Source of the DNA: Patescibacteria group bacterium | GTDB lineage: Bacteria; Patescibacteriota; Saccharimonadia; Saccharimonadales; UBA4665 | DNA length: 64,000 bases | Reading direction: 5' to 3' | Assembly: GCA_030272735.1 (NCBI GenBank) | Contig: JARXKL010000001.1 | Coordinates: 75,571 to 139,570 of the forward strand | Program-made: the position numbers and the translations under genes | Notes under the pieces: model-generated | What the model saw: only the letters and a program-made list of their open reading frames with translations | What the model was told of the DNA's origin: nothing | Databases searched by the model: none | Shown here: positions 25,656 to 34,139 of the stretch, piece by piece | How the letters are laid out: every line of letters starts with the position of its first letter | How positions within the stretch are numbered: position 1 is the stretch's first letter

Positions 25656-25758
25656 TAATGCGCTCCCTTCAAAACTTCATTTTATTGTAGTGTAGGCGAA
25701 CAGTTTTAAGCAAGCATAATAACAATGTGTTTTTTACGCAAATAGATGTTGGATTGTG

Positions 25759-26514
25759 CTAAAGCTTATTTCTTTGAGAACTGTAACGCGACTTGAGCGC
25801 ATTGTTTTTCAGATCTGAGTATACTGTTTGCGCTACTCCAATGAGCTCATGCAGTGAACCGTCGTTGCTTATGATGGCATCAGGCTCAATCAGTTTTGAT
25901 TCTCGCTCTGTTATCTCATTTGCATCGCGCACTACGATGTTAGGCCGTTCAATGGTTAGAATATGTCCGCCAGCAGCCCTTAACGCCGCCGCATCCGCGG
26001 GAAAACGTACGCCTCCCACTGTTGCCAGTTCAATAGCACGAGTCGTTGCTATACGCCGTGTTATTTCTCCATACCAAATATCGCCACTTACATTCTTTGC
26101 AAGATATCCACCAAGCCACTGCAATAAACTTCGGTACTGTTCTTTAGAGTCGAGGGTTATAGCACCTTGCTGTAATGAATGATCTCGAGCCAGCGTCTGA
26201 GTGAATTCAAAAAGTTTCGCAAACTGATCAGGATTTGCTGTGACAGCTTGTGTAGTAACTAAACCTTTAGTTTTCGGGAGTGGTTGATGAGTTACTTGCA
26301 GCACGAGATCAGGCAGTGGTTCTAGCCACTTATTGAGTTCAGTGTAGTCACCGCTAAAATCTTTGTTAAGCTGTTCAACGAGTAGCGCGTTGCCGATCTC
26401 TGCAATTAACTCCCAGCTCTCCCAATGCACATGCTTTTCTTGCATAGCAGCTAAAAACTCAGCAAACGTCGTTTTGCCACTGCCGATTGCACCACTGAGC
26501 CCGACTAGTATCAT
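25759..26514 (-). CDS. P-loop NTPase, deoxynucleoside-monophosphate-kinase-like
   Basis: GLSGAIGSGKTT Walker A at the N-terminus and GGVRFPADAAALRAAGG...ERP resembling phage-type dNMP kinases. Long insert between the motifs. Confidence 0.55.
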   Translation of the reverse strand: MILVGLSGAIGSGKTTFAEFLAAMQEKHVHWESWELIAEIGNALLVEQLNKDFSGDYTELNKWLEPLPDLVLQVTHQPLPKTKGLVTTQAVTANPDQFAKLFEFTQTLARDHSLQQGAITLDSKEQYRSLLQWLGGYLAKNVSGDIWYGEITRRIATTRAIELATVGGVRFPADAAALRAAGGHILTIERPNIVVRDANEITERESKLIEPDAIISNDGSLHELIGVAQTVYSDLKNNALKSRYSSQRNKL

Positions 26515-26551
26515 CCAGCTAGTATTGCATAGCTCTTATGCTCGAAACAAA

Positions 26552-27556
26552 TTAGGAGAGCTGAGCGATGTCGACTGAAACTGACGGACCCATGCTGGTC
26601 GTAAGGTGTACGGCTTTAATATATGTGCCCTTAACGCTTTGAGGCTTGTTAGACTTAATACTCGCCATAACTGCGGATACATTCTGTAACAACTGAGTCG
26701 TTGTGAAGCTAACCTTGCCTACACCTAAGTGAACGATTCCGGTAGTGTCTACACGGTACTCAACGCGACCGGCTTTAGCTTCAGAAACTGCTTTATCAAT
26801 GTCGTTAGTTACCGTTCCACTCTTAGGGTTCGGCATAAGGCCACGTGGACCAAGGGCACGCGCATATTTACCAAGCTTTGGCATAAGCGCAGGCGTAGCA
26901 ATCAGAATATCAAAATTCATTTGTCCCTTATCGAGCTGCTCAAGTAGTTCATCGGTGCCGGCAATGTCTGCACCAGCAGCCTTTGCTGTGGCAACGTCAT
27001 CGGTAAGAACGGCGACTTTAACTTTTTTGCCAGTTCCGGCAGGTAACACGAGATTATCACGGATATTTTGATCAGCATGACGAGGATTAACGCCGAGGTT
27101 AATATGCATTTCGACCGTCGCATCAAATTTAACGTGACTGGTTTTTTGAGCTAAAGAAACTGCTTCTTCGAGCGTATAGTTCTTGTCAGCTTCTAGCAAC
27201 TCGGCGCTTTTACGGAAATGCTTACCGCGGCGCTCTAAGCGTGAACGGGTAATCGGAGACGCGCCTTTAGGCTTCTCTACTTCATCTTCTTTGCGTTCTT
27301 GACGAGCTTGTTCAGCGTCTGCTTCTGCGAGTGACTTGGCACTGCGCTTTCCTGCTTTAGCAAGCTTAGGCTCTTCATCAGAGTCGCTCTCTGCAGTTTT
27401 CTCAGCTGTGGCCTCTTTGTCTGCAGGGCTTGGCGCCTCGTCAGTCATCTGCTTATTATTAATTAGTGCCTGAATTTCAGTGATTTTTGCCTTCGCATCG
27501 ACATTGATGCCTAATGCTTTTGCTTCTTCTAATAATGCTGCTTTACTCTGTGCCAT
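26552..27556 (-). CDS. rplA: 50S ribosomal protein L1 with an N-terminal extension of about 110 aa
   Basis: The canonical L1 core starts near GKHFRKSAELLEADKNYTLEEAV...FDATVEMHINLGV. Start set at MAQSKAAL (ATG at 27556, RBS GAGAGGAAA). Confidence 0.93.
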   Translation of the reverse strand: MAQSKAALLEEAKALGINVDAKAKITEIQALINNKQMTDEAPSPADKEATAEKTAESDSDEEPKLAKAGKRSAKSLAEADAEQARQERKEDEVEKPKGASPITRSRLERRGKHFRKSAELLEADKNYTLEEAVSLAQKTSHVKFDATVEMHINLGVNPRHADQNIRDNLVLPAGTGKKVKVAVLTDDVATAKAAGADIAGTDELLEQLDKGQMNFDILIATPALMPKLGKYARALGPRGLMPNPKSGTVTNDIDKAVSEAKAGRVEYRVDTTGIVHLGVGKVSFTTTQLLQNVSAVMASIKSNKPQSVKGTYIKAVHLTTSMGPSVSVDIAQLS

Positions 27557-27603
27557 GTGATTTCCTCTCGTGGTGCTAGCGGCCTTAGCCTCCCACAAAT
27601 TAA

Positions 27604-27816
27604 TTATTGTTCTTGTTCCGGATCTTGCTCGTCCGAAAACGCTCGATCGTCTTCATAGTTTTCATGAGCCATAGTTCCTAGGTGGTGTAAGGCTTCAATG
27701 TTTAAGTCAATATGCTCAGCGGGCGGAATAGATACATCTACCATAAATCTGCATAAGTTTGCTCTCGAAAGTGTGCGAGAGCTTTGGATATCAAAGTCGC
27801 AGTTCTCGAGACTCAT
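27604..27816 (-). CDS. possible 70-aa acidic protein between rplK and rplA (coding status uncertain)
   Basis: ATG 3 nt after the rplK stop with no clear SD. Acidic tail ENYEDDRAFSDEQDPEQEQ. Could instead be a non-coding spacer or leader. Confidence 0.3.
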   Translation of the reverse strand: MSLENCDFDIQSSRTLSRANLCRFMVDVSIPPAEHIDLNIEALHHLGTMAHENYEDDRAFSDEQDPEQEQ

Positions 27817-27819
27817 TGT

Positions 27820-28248
27820 TTAGCTTTCAACCTCAACGCCCATAGAGCGAGCTGTACCGGCGACCATCTTTTTAACGGCGTCGATATCTTCGGTGTTCAT
27901 GTCGTGTGCTTTGTCGGTCGCAATTTTAGTCAACTGTGTATCAGTGAGCTTTTTACTGATCTTTTCGCTGTTAGGCTTTCCAGAACCTTTCTGAATACCA
28001 AGTTCTGCACGAATGCGGTCATCTGTTGGTGGCCCGACAACGCGAAATGCCATGGTTTTATCATCGAAAATTGTAATGTGGGCAGTTAATGCTTGGCCCT
28101 GCATATCTTTAGTGGCGTCGTTGAATGGACCAATGAAGTCCATCATATTTACGCCGTACTGGCCGAGCGTGCTACCTACAGGAGGCGCCGCACTAGCTTG
28201 GCCGCCCTTAAGTTTCATCTTTAGATTTGCTTTTACTACTTTTGCCAT
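27820..28248 (-). CDS. rplK: 50S ribosomal protein L11
   Basis: 142 aa. KGGQASAAPPVGSTLGQYGVNMMDF is typical of L11. Confidence 0.97.
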   Translation of the reverse strand: MAKVVKANLKMKLKGGQASAAPPVGSTLGQYGVNMMDFIGPFNDATKDMQGQALTAHITIFDDKTMAFRVVGPPTDDRIRAELGIQKGSGKPNSEKISKKLTDTQLTKIATDKAHDMNTEDIDAVKKMVAGTARSMGVEVES

Positions 28249-28366
28249 AATGATTTTCGAACCGCATGTTTCAGCGATTCTCCTTCCCTTTCTTGTTATG
28301 ATTTGTCCGGCTTCGCCAGAAGATTTAATAAGACAGAAGTGCGTAACAAATAAATTGTAACAGAGT

Positions 28367-28648
28367 TTACCCCTGTTGTCTAGTGATGCGTTCTTCGATA
28401 GCGTATGCTTTATTTTCTAGCTCTCGCTGGATTACTGCATATGGGCCAGCGACTACTGTAGTTGCTAGTATAAGTGAACTCATTGTTTTTATGGTGCTAC
28501 CGAGCTCTTCAGTGTCGTGAATTTCAAAACCAGCTTTGACTGCACATACACCCATCGCCATGCCGCCAACACCGAAGAAAAACTTACTCATGCCACCCAA
28601 TGTGTTTGCCATATCGCGGTAATGCTGAGGAGTTTTTTGTTCTTGCAT
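28367..28648 (-). CDS. small Gly/Ala-rich two-helix membrane protein
   Basis: 93 aa. The start is 1 nt after the preceding stop (UAA-C-AUG). Helices FFFGVGGMAMGVCAV and LILATTVVAGPYAV. Confidence 0.5.
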   Translation of the reverse strand: MQEQKTPQHYRDMANTLGGMSKFFFGVGGMAMGVCAVKAGFEIHDTEELGSTIKTMSSLILATTVVAGPYAVIQRELENKAYAIEERITRQQG

Positions 28649-28649
28649 G

Positions 28650-28874
28650 TTACTCGTTCCAGAAATGTCGCGTTGCTAAACTCCCCGCCGCAGTAATCGC
28701 AGCATATGCGAAGGTTTTTATAGTCGGTTGTTGTTCGGCGATAGTAGTAATAGTTTCACCAAGCCCAGCAGCTGTTACTAGTCCAGTTAAGGCTCCGACT
28801 ACTGTGCGTAGTTCTTGGTAGCGTTCATTGTGTTCAGATTCGTTTGGAAAATTATTGTAGTTAGCCATATACAA
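28650..28874 (-). CDS. small Gly/Ala-rich two-helix membrane protein (probably starts at the ATG at 28868, leaderless)
   Basis: 72-74 aa. TTGCTT - 17 nt - TATAAA promoter ends 8 nt before the ATG, and there is no SD. Confidence 0.45.
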   Translation of the reverse strand: MYMANYNNFPNESEHNERYQELRTVVGALTGLVTAAGLGETITTIAEQQPTIKTFAYAAITAAGSLATRHFWNE

Positions 28875-28916
28875 TATTTATAGCACAAATGTTAGAAATA
28901 AGCAATTTTAACGCTA

Positions 28917-29465
28917 TTACACTCGTTTGACTTGGAGGCCGTCAAGTTCGACAGGCGTTTCGCGGCCGAACATGTTTACAAGTACTTTAAGTTTGCCCTT
29001 CGCAGGATCGATCTCTGAAATACTGCCATCGAAGCCTTTGAATGGTCCGTCGGTGATACTAACCACTTCGCCGAGTGCAAAGTCAATCTTGTGCTTAGGC
29101 TGCTCGAGGCCCATGCGCTTTTGGATCTTTTCAATTTCATCCTGTTCGACAGGAGTTGGGTCGGTACCCGAGCCGACGAAACCTGTGACCGATGGGGTAT
29201 TGCGCACAATGTACCATGCGTCTTCGGATAACTTCATGTGGACCAAAACATAACCCTGGAATATGCGCTTTTCTACAACTCGGCGCTTTCCGTTCTTGAT
29301 TTCAATCATTTTTTCTTTAGGAACTAAAACTTCAAAGATCTTGTCTTTCATGTCTAAGCTGTCAGCACGTTGCCGGATGCTTTCAGCAACTTTTTCTTCA
29401 TATCCACTGTAGGTATGAATGGCGTACCATCGTTTACTTGTGTCATATCTTTTGATTGTGCTCAT
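28917..29465 (-). CDS. nusG: transcription termination/antitermination factor NusG
   Basis: 182 aa. WYAIHTYSGYEEKV NGN domain and a C-terminal KOW (GEVVSITDGPFKGFDG). Confidence 0.97.
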   Translation of the reverse strand: MSTIKRYDTSKRWYAIHTYSGYEEKVAESIRQRADSLDMKDKIFEVLVPKEKMIEIKNGKRRVVEKRIFQGYVLVHMKLSEDAWYIVRNTPSVTGFVGSGTDPTPVEQDEIEKIQKRMGLEQPKHKIDFALGEVVSITDGPFKGFDGSISEIDPAKGKLKVLVNMFGRETPVELDGLQVKRV

Positions 29466-29478
29466 ATAATCTGATCCT

Positions 29479-29907
29479 TTACTTTAATAAGATGTCTCTA
29501 AATAATCTATCGAGTCCGAAATCGACAACTGCAACAATGACACCAAATACTGATGCAAATAAAATAACTGCAAAAGTCAGTTGTCGTGCTTTTTCCCAAT
29601 TGGGCCAGGTAACTTGGCGCAGTTCTGCCCAACTTCCGCGTACATACTTCGGTAGCAAAACGCGACCGATTATACGAAATGGCTTGCGAAGGAATTTGAA
29701 TGGACCAAAACCGCCAATTTTGCGGCCGGCGCTGCCTATAGGCCTAAAAACCGGTGCTGCCACTTTGCTGCTGGCAGTCTTTGCACGTGTAAAACGCTTT
29801 GGCTTGTCACCTTCTTCGCTGGCTTTAATAGCCCGCTCACGAAACGTTTCTGGATTTTTAACGAGCCGTTTTTTGGTTTTATTATCTGTCGGCTGATTCT
29901 CTGCCAT
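29479..29907 (-). CDS. secE: preprotein translocase subunit SecE (long N-terminal basic extension)
   Basis: C-terminal EL.QVTWP...T..V motif with a single TM. Start trimmed to MAENQPTD (RBS GGGAG). Confidence 0.85.
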   Translation of the reverse strand: MAENQPTDNKTKKRLVKNPETFRERAIKASEEGDKPKRFTRAKTASSKVAAPVFRPIGSAGRKIGGFGPFKFLRKPFRIIGRVLLPKYVRGSWAELRQVTWPNWEKARQLTFAVILFASVFGVIVAVVDFGLDRLFRDILLK

Positions 29908-29935
29908 GATGCTCCGGTACTCCCACAATTACGCC

Positions 29936-29965
29936 AAATAAAAAAGCCTACATGATTTTGTAGGC
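29936..29965 (-). terminator. terminator-like hairpin inside the secE 5' leader
   Basis: Minus strand: GCCUACA-AAAUCA-UGUAGGC-UUUUUUAUUU, about 30 nt upstream of the secE RBS. Confidence 0.4.
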
Positions 29966-29976
29966 AACTGTTGTCA

Positions 29977-30005
29977 AGCATAGCAGGTGATTTTACTTTG
30001 GTCAA
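29977..30005 (-). promoter_or_regulatory. candidate promoter of secE-nusG
   Basis: Minus strand: TTGACC - 17 nt - TATGCT. Confidence 0.4.
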
Positions 30006-30036
30006 CTGATAGGCCTAGAGCTGCTATTATAATGAG

Positions 30037-31545
30037 ATGACGCTTATACTTATAATGCTCATTGCCGCTGTAGTTGTAGAATCAAGCTTATGGCTAAAGC
30101 CAGTCTGGCATTTCCGCAACGCAATAGCACGAATACTGATGATAGCCAATATAGTGTTGTTCATTGCAGCAGGTATTACACACCCAGCAATATGGAATGC
30201 TGTATTGCTGTACTTAGGACTTTATAGATCAGTTAATATGCTGCGGATTATTCGTAACCGACTGCCATCTGACTATTTGTATCACGCTACTTGGCGCACC
30301 AGCCAGGTTCTTATTCTCCTGCAGCTTATCGTTGTATTCCTAGCCTACTTCACACATTATGTAAACATTCCCAATCACGCCCTGTTATATGTGAGCGGCT
30401 GCCTTATACTTCTGCTAAACCTACTTTTACTCTTGCATTTGCACAGACAGCTGCGCGTGACAATGCCAAAAATGCTTACGCAAGATGGGGAATCGGACCA
30501 CATGCCGAGTGTATCAGTGCTCATCCCCGCTCGAAATGAAACCGTAGAGCTACAGGAATGCCTTGAAGCGTTGCTTAGGTCCTCATATCGTAAACTCGAG
30601 ATTATTGTTCTTGACGACTGTTCTCAGAACAATCGCACTTCGGAAATCATCAAAAGTTTTGCACACGACGGCGTGCGGTTTATACCTGGCAACATACCAC
30701 CTAAACATTGGTTAGCCAAAAATCACGCTTACAACCGACTTGTCGAAGAATCTAACGGAGAAATACTGCTGTTCTGCGGTGTCGATACTAGGTTTGCGCC
30801 TGAGACTGTTTCGCAGTTAGTTAGCGAGTTGCAGTCACGTAAGAAAAATATGCTTTCAGTACTTCCTATCAACATATTGCCTCAGCAGTCGTCAATTCTC
30901 TCAAGTGCTGTCCAGGCCACCAGATACGCTTGGGAATTTATGCTACCTCGTCAATATATAGGACGTCCGGCAGTCCTGAGCACATGCTGGCTAATTACTC
31001 GCAAACAGCTGAAAAATAGCGGTGGGTTTAATGCTTATAAACAAAGTATTGTTCCCGAACGGTATTTTGCAAAAGCAGCTGCAGCAACAAACGATAGTTA
31101 CAGCTTTCTGCAATCGCCTAAAACTGGAAGCGTAACAACTAATAAAACATTTGTAGACCAAAAAGACACTGCAGTTCGAACGCGCTATCCATTGTTGCGT
31201 AAGCGTCCTGAAAACGTCGTTATGTTTTGCATAGCCAATACATTGCTTTCGATTTTTCCATTTGCTCTGCTTATAACTGCGTTGCTAACCGGTGACAGAA
31301 CATTGCTTGCAGTAAGTAGCGCAAGCTGCGCATCGCTGATGATAATGGGACTCATGATGACAAAATTGCTTTACCGCCGATTACTCTGGCGAGGAATATT
31401 GCTATTTCCGATGCAAACTATAATCGATATCATTCTGCTCAACATCTCACTCCATAGGTATGAATTTAGTGAAGTGCTATGGAAAGGCCGTAACATCTGT
31501 GTCCCCGTAATGGAGGTTATTCCAAGATTGCCAAAGCTCGACTAA
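30037..31545 (+). CDS. membrane-bound glycosyltransferase family 2
   Basis: N- and C-terminal TM segments flank a GT-A domain (VSVLIPARNE...IIVLDDCS...). Confidence 0.85.
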   Translation: MTLILIMLIAAVVVESSLWLKPVWHFRNAIARILMIANIVLFIAAGITHPAIWNAVLLYLGLYRSVNMLRIIRNRLPSDYLYHATWRTSQVLILLQLIVVFLAYFTHYVNIPNHALLYVSGCLILLLNLLLLLHLHRQLRVTMPKMLTQDGESDHMPSVSVLIPARNETVELQECLEALLRSSYRKLEIIVLDDCSQNNRTSEIIKSFAHDGVRFIPGNIPPKHWLAKNHAYNRLVEESNGEILLFCGVDTRFAPETVSQLVSELQSRKKNMLSVLPINILPQQSSILSSAVQATRYAWEFMLPRQYIGRPAVLSTCWLITRKQLKNSGGFNAYKQSIVPERYFAKAAAATNDSYSFLQSPKTGSVTTNKTFVDQKDTAVRTRYPLLRKRPENVVMFCIANTLLSIFPFALLITALLTGDRTLLAVSSASCASLMIMGLMMTKLLYRRLLWRGILLFPMQTIIDIILLNISLHRYEFSEVLWKGRNICVPVMEVIPRLPKLD

Positions 31546-32639
31546 GCAAGATTTGGTACGAAAATAGTGAATGTTGAGCCTTTGTTGAGCTCACTTTGCA
31601 AGTCGATCTCGGCGTGTATCAAACGCGTTAATTTCATCGTGACATATAGGCCAAGTCCAGTACCGTTTGCTTTTCGGGTTCTATAATCTTCTGATCGGAA
31701 AAATTTATCAAACACTTGATGTTGATCACCCTTTGCTATGCCGATTCCCGTGTCATGTATAGCAAAGCGTACGCCTTTAGGCGCTGTCTGGGCTTCGATT
31801 GTTACCGAGCCTTTTTCGGTGTATTTGATGGCATTGGTTATAAAGTTTTGAAGAATTTCGCGTGTGTAGAGCTTGCTCGACTGTAGTAGTTCGAGCTGCG
31901 GATCGAGCACCGTCTTAATCTGCAATCCTTTAGCTTCGGCCTGCGTTTCATAATTGTGCGAAAGTTCTTTGACTAAATCATGCACATTAATAGGTTCGAC
32001 GTTCACCTGCAAAACACCGCGCTCGGCACGACTCAAGGTTGAAAGGTCGTTGATCATATCTGCTAAAAATAATATTTGGCTATGGGTTTCTTTGAGCGTT
32101 GCGCGAATCGTGGCTAAATCGCCAGTCTTATCGGCAATAAATTCTGCGTTACTGATGTTCCCTTCTGCTATAGCAATTGGAGTGCGTAATTCGTGACTGA
32201 CAACGCTGATAAACTCGTCGCGCTCTTCTTCGAGGGATTTTTCACGGGTAATATCGCGGAGTAAGATTACATAGCCTTTTTGGCCTTTTTCGCCGTAGCC
32301 CAACCGTACTGGTGCGATACTCATGTATAAATTGATACGGCTGCCATCAGCATATTTAAGCAGCAAATCGCGATTTGTGATCGGCACTTTAGCACTTTGA
32401 ATCATAGTAATGATATCTACTGCTTGGTTCTCGGCGTCAATCGGGTTCAGTAAAGTAGTAATTGGCTTATTGATGGTAATAGTATTGACGTCGAACACGT
32501 TAAGCGCTGCGCCGTTATACATTACGATATTCACTTTTTCGTCCACCGCTATAACGGCGTCCGCCATGCTATTAATAAGGCTGGTTAAACGCTCGTGTTC
32601 GAGATGTTCATTTGCAGCGGTTTGTTTTTTAGTAACCAT
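31542..32639 (-). CDS. soluble PAS-domain sensor histidine kinase
   Basis: H-box SHELRTPI, N-box NAIKYT, G-boxes DTGIGI and GTGLGL. No TM segment. Confidence 0.9.
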   Translation of the reverse strand: MVTKKQTAANEHLEHERLTSLINSMADAVIAVDEKVNIVMYNGAALNVFDVNTITINKPITTLLNPIDAENQAVDIITMIQSAKVPITNRDLLLKYADGSRINLYMSIAPVRLGYGEKGQKGYVILLRDITREKSLEEERDEFISVVSHELRTPIAIAEGNISNAEFIADKTGDLATIRATLKETHSQILFLADMINDLSTLSRAERGVLQVNVEPINVHDLVKELSHNYETQAEAKGLQIKTVLDPQLELLQSSKLYTREILQNFITNAIKYTEKGSVTIEAQTAPKGVRFAIHDTGIGIAKGDQHQVFDKFFRSEDYRTRKANGTGLGLYVTMKLTRLIHAEIDLQSELNKGSTFTIFVPNLA

Positions 32640-32664
32640 AAGTGTGATTACAGTATGCCATACC

Positions 32665-33378
32665 TTAGCTAACGCGTGAACTATGGAGCATCGGCTGGTA
32701 GCTACGCATAGCTTTACGGCGGGCTGGTAAGCCGGGCACGATTCGTTTCATTGTTTCCCAAAAATCAGGCCCGTGGTTTAAATGCTGTGTATGAGTTAAT
32801 TCATGAAGTAATACGTAATCAATCAGCTCCCATGGTAGCTGCATCAGATACAAATTGAGTACTATATGCTTTTTCTGGTCACAACTTCCCCAGCGACTTT
32901 TGAGCTGCTTAATCGATACATCTAAGTATGCAAAGCCATATTTTTTCGCTAAAGCGTCGATGCGCTGCGGAAGCAACTTTTCGGCTTGTGATCTGAGCGC
33001 GCGTATACTTGCGCTGGTAATGACTTTTTGAACTGCTGGAGAGTCTGGGGCTATATACGAAGGATAGCGGACCACTACTTTGCCGGGTATAACGCGGCTG
33101 CTTACTTTTTTAGCAATCGGCGATGGGAGCAGTTCTAAATGATGTGCTTTACCAATTGCCTGCCCATTCTGCATGACTGTCGCCGGTTTTTTCTGTGCGG
33201 TTATCCATCCCTGCCTTGATTTCGCAAATTTTAAACCTGCAGCATATGGCGTCCATGTTGGGATTGTAACGCGGATAGTGCCCGTTGAAGTAACGCTCAG
33301 CCGTAAAGAAGTGGCGCCTTTACGCTTATAAATGGTTACCTGGAGGTCCTCATGTAAGACAAATGTCTTGAAAGCCAT
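32665..33378 (-). CDS. YgjP-like (DUF45/M48-related) zinc metallohydrolase
   Basis: The motif LLHELTHTQHLNHGPDFW near the C-terminus is the family signature. Confidence 0.8.
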   Translation of the reverse strand: MAFKTFVLHEDLQVTIYKRKGATSLRLSVTSTGTIRVTIPTWTPYAAGLKFAKSRQGWITAQKKPATVMQNGQAIGKAHHLELLPSPIAKKVSSRVIPGKVVVRYPSYIAPDSPAVQKVITSASIRALRSQAEKLLPQRIDALAKKYGFAYLDVSIKQLKSRWGSCDQKKHIVLNLYLMQLPWELIDYVLLHELTHTQHLNHGPDFWETMKRIVPGLPARRKAMRSYQPMLHSSRVS

Positions 33379-33387
33379 GGTTTAGAA

Positions 33388-34047
33388 TTAACGAATGCGG
33401 ATATTGCGGCGGGTCATATCAACTCGACCAACATTATTTGGAACAAGATTGACCATGCCGGGCTTAATAGTACGAGAAGCAGCTTCGTCGCTCGTCATCA
33501 CGCCGAGTTCACGGAGTTTACTGACGACAGCGCTTTGCTGCATATTAAAAAGATGCTTGCCGCTTACGACCGCGAAATTCTCCCCTTGCTTGGGGTTTTG
33601 CATGTGACCTACCACTTGCTCGAAGGTAGAACGGTCCCACTGAGCTGCATATTTATCATCGGCACGGCGGCGATCGCGTTTTTGGTTACGGGCAAAGGCT
33701 GTATCCGGATCCATCTGGAACCAAACAAGTACTGGCGTAGTGTGATTGCGATAGGCCATATCAAATAAAGCGCGGCGTTGGCCCGAACGGAGAGCGTTAA
33801 CATCATATGCAACGCTGAGACCCGCAGATAGAAACTCTTCAGTCATGTAGTCCATCAACTGAGTTACGATGTCGTTTTCTTGTTTGTCATAACGTGGTGA
33901 TTCAAACAGTTCACCGCGGATACGATCGGCCTGCAAATGAGCAGCCTGTACATTCTCGCAGAATTGACGTGCGAAGTAGGTTTTGCCTGCACCTGGGTAG
34001 CCATAAAACAGCAACAAAAAGGGCTTGGAAGGATATATTTTGGCCAT
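33388..34047 (-). CDS. P-loop kinase (AAA_33/zeta-toxin-like fold)
   Basis: Start trimmed to MAKIYPSKPF (ATG at 34047), because the ORF-track extension runs through tRNA-Trp. Walker A GYPGAGKTY. Confidence 0.65.
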   Translation of the reverse strand: MAKIYPSKPFLLLFYGYPGAGKTYFARQFCENVQAAHLQADRIRGELFESPRYDKQENDIVTQLMDYMTEEFLSAGLSVAYDVNALRSGQRRALFDMAYRNHTTPVLVWFQMDPDTAFARNQKRDRRRADDKYAAQWDRSTFEQVVGHMQNPKQGENFAVVSGKHLFNMQQSAVVSKLRELGVMTSDEAASRTIKPGMVNLVPNNVGRVDMTRRNIRIR

Positions 34048-34139
34048 GTGTATATATGTATAGCAGATTTTACGGAGGTTGAAAAGGCAAAACAGATGAC
34101 AATACGAGCAATTTGGCATAGAATAAATCAGTTGCCTAT

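Noticed and set aside
25038-25658. Long antisense ORFs: 25038..25658(+), 46404..47054(+), 16875..17396(+), 51394..51858(+), 5911..6351(+), 10853..11308(-), 12418..12837(+)
   Set aside because: Each lies entirely opposite a confidently identified conserved gene (dcd, trpS, dnaB, rplM/rplQ, and others). They have low-complexity, Ser/Arg/Cys-rich translations and no RBS. These are typical shadow ORFs.
27604-27816. Calling the 70-codon ORF between rplK and rplA a confident protein-coding gene
   Set aside because: There is no SD, the composition is unusual and no family was recognised. It is retained only as a low-confidence feature and a question.
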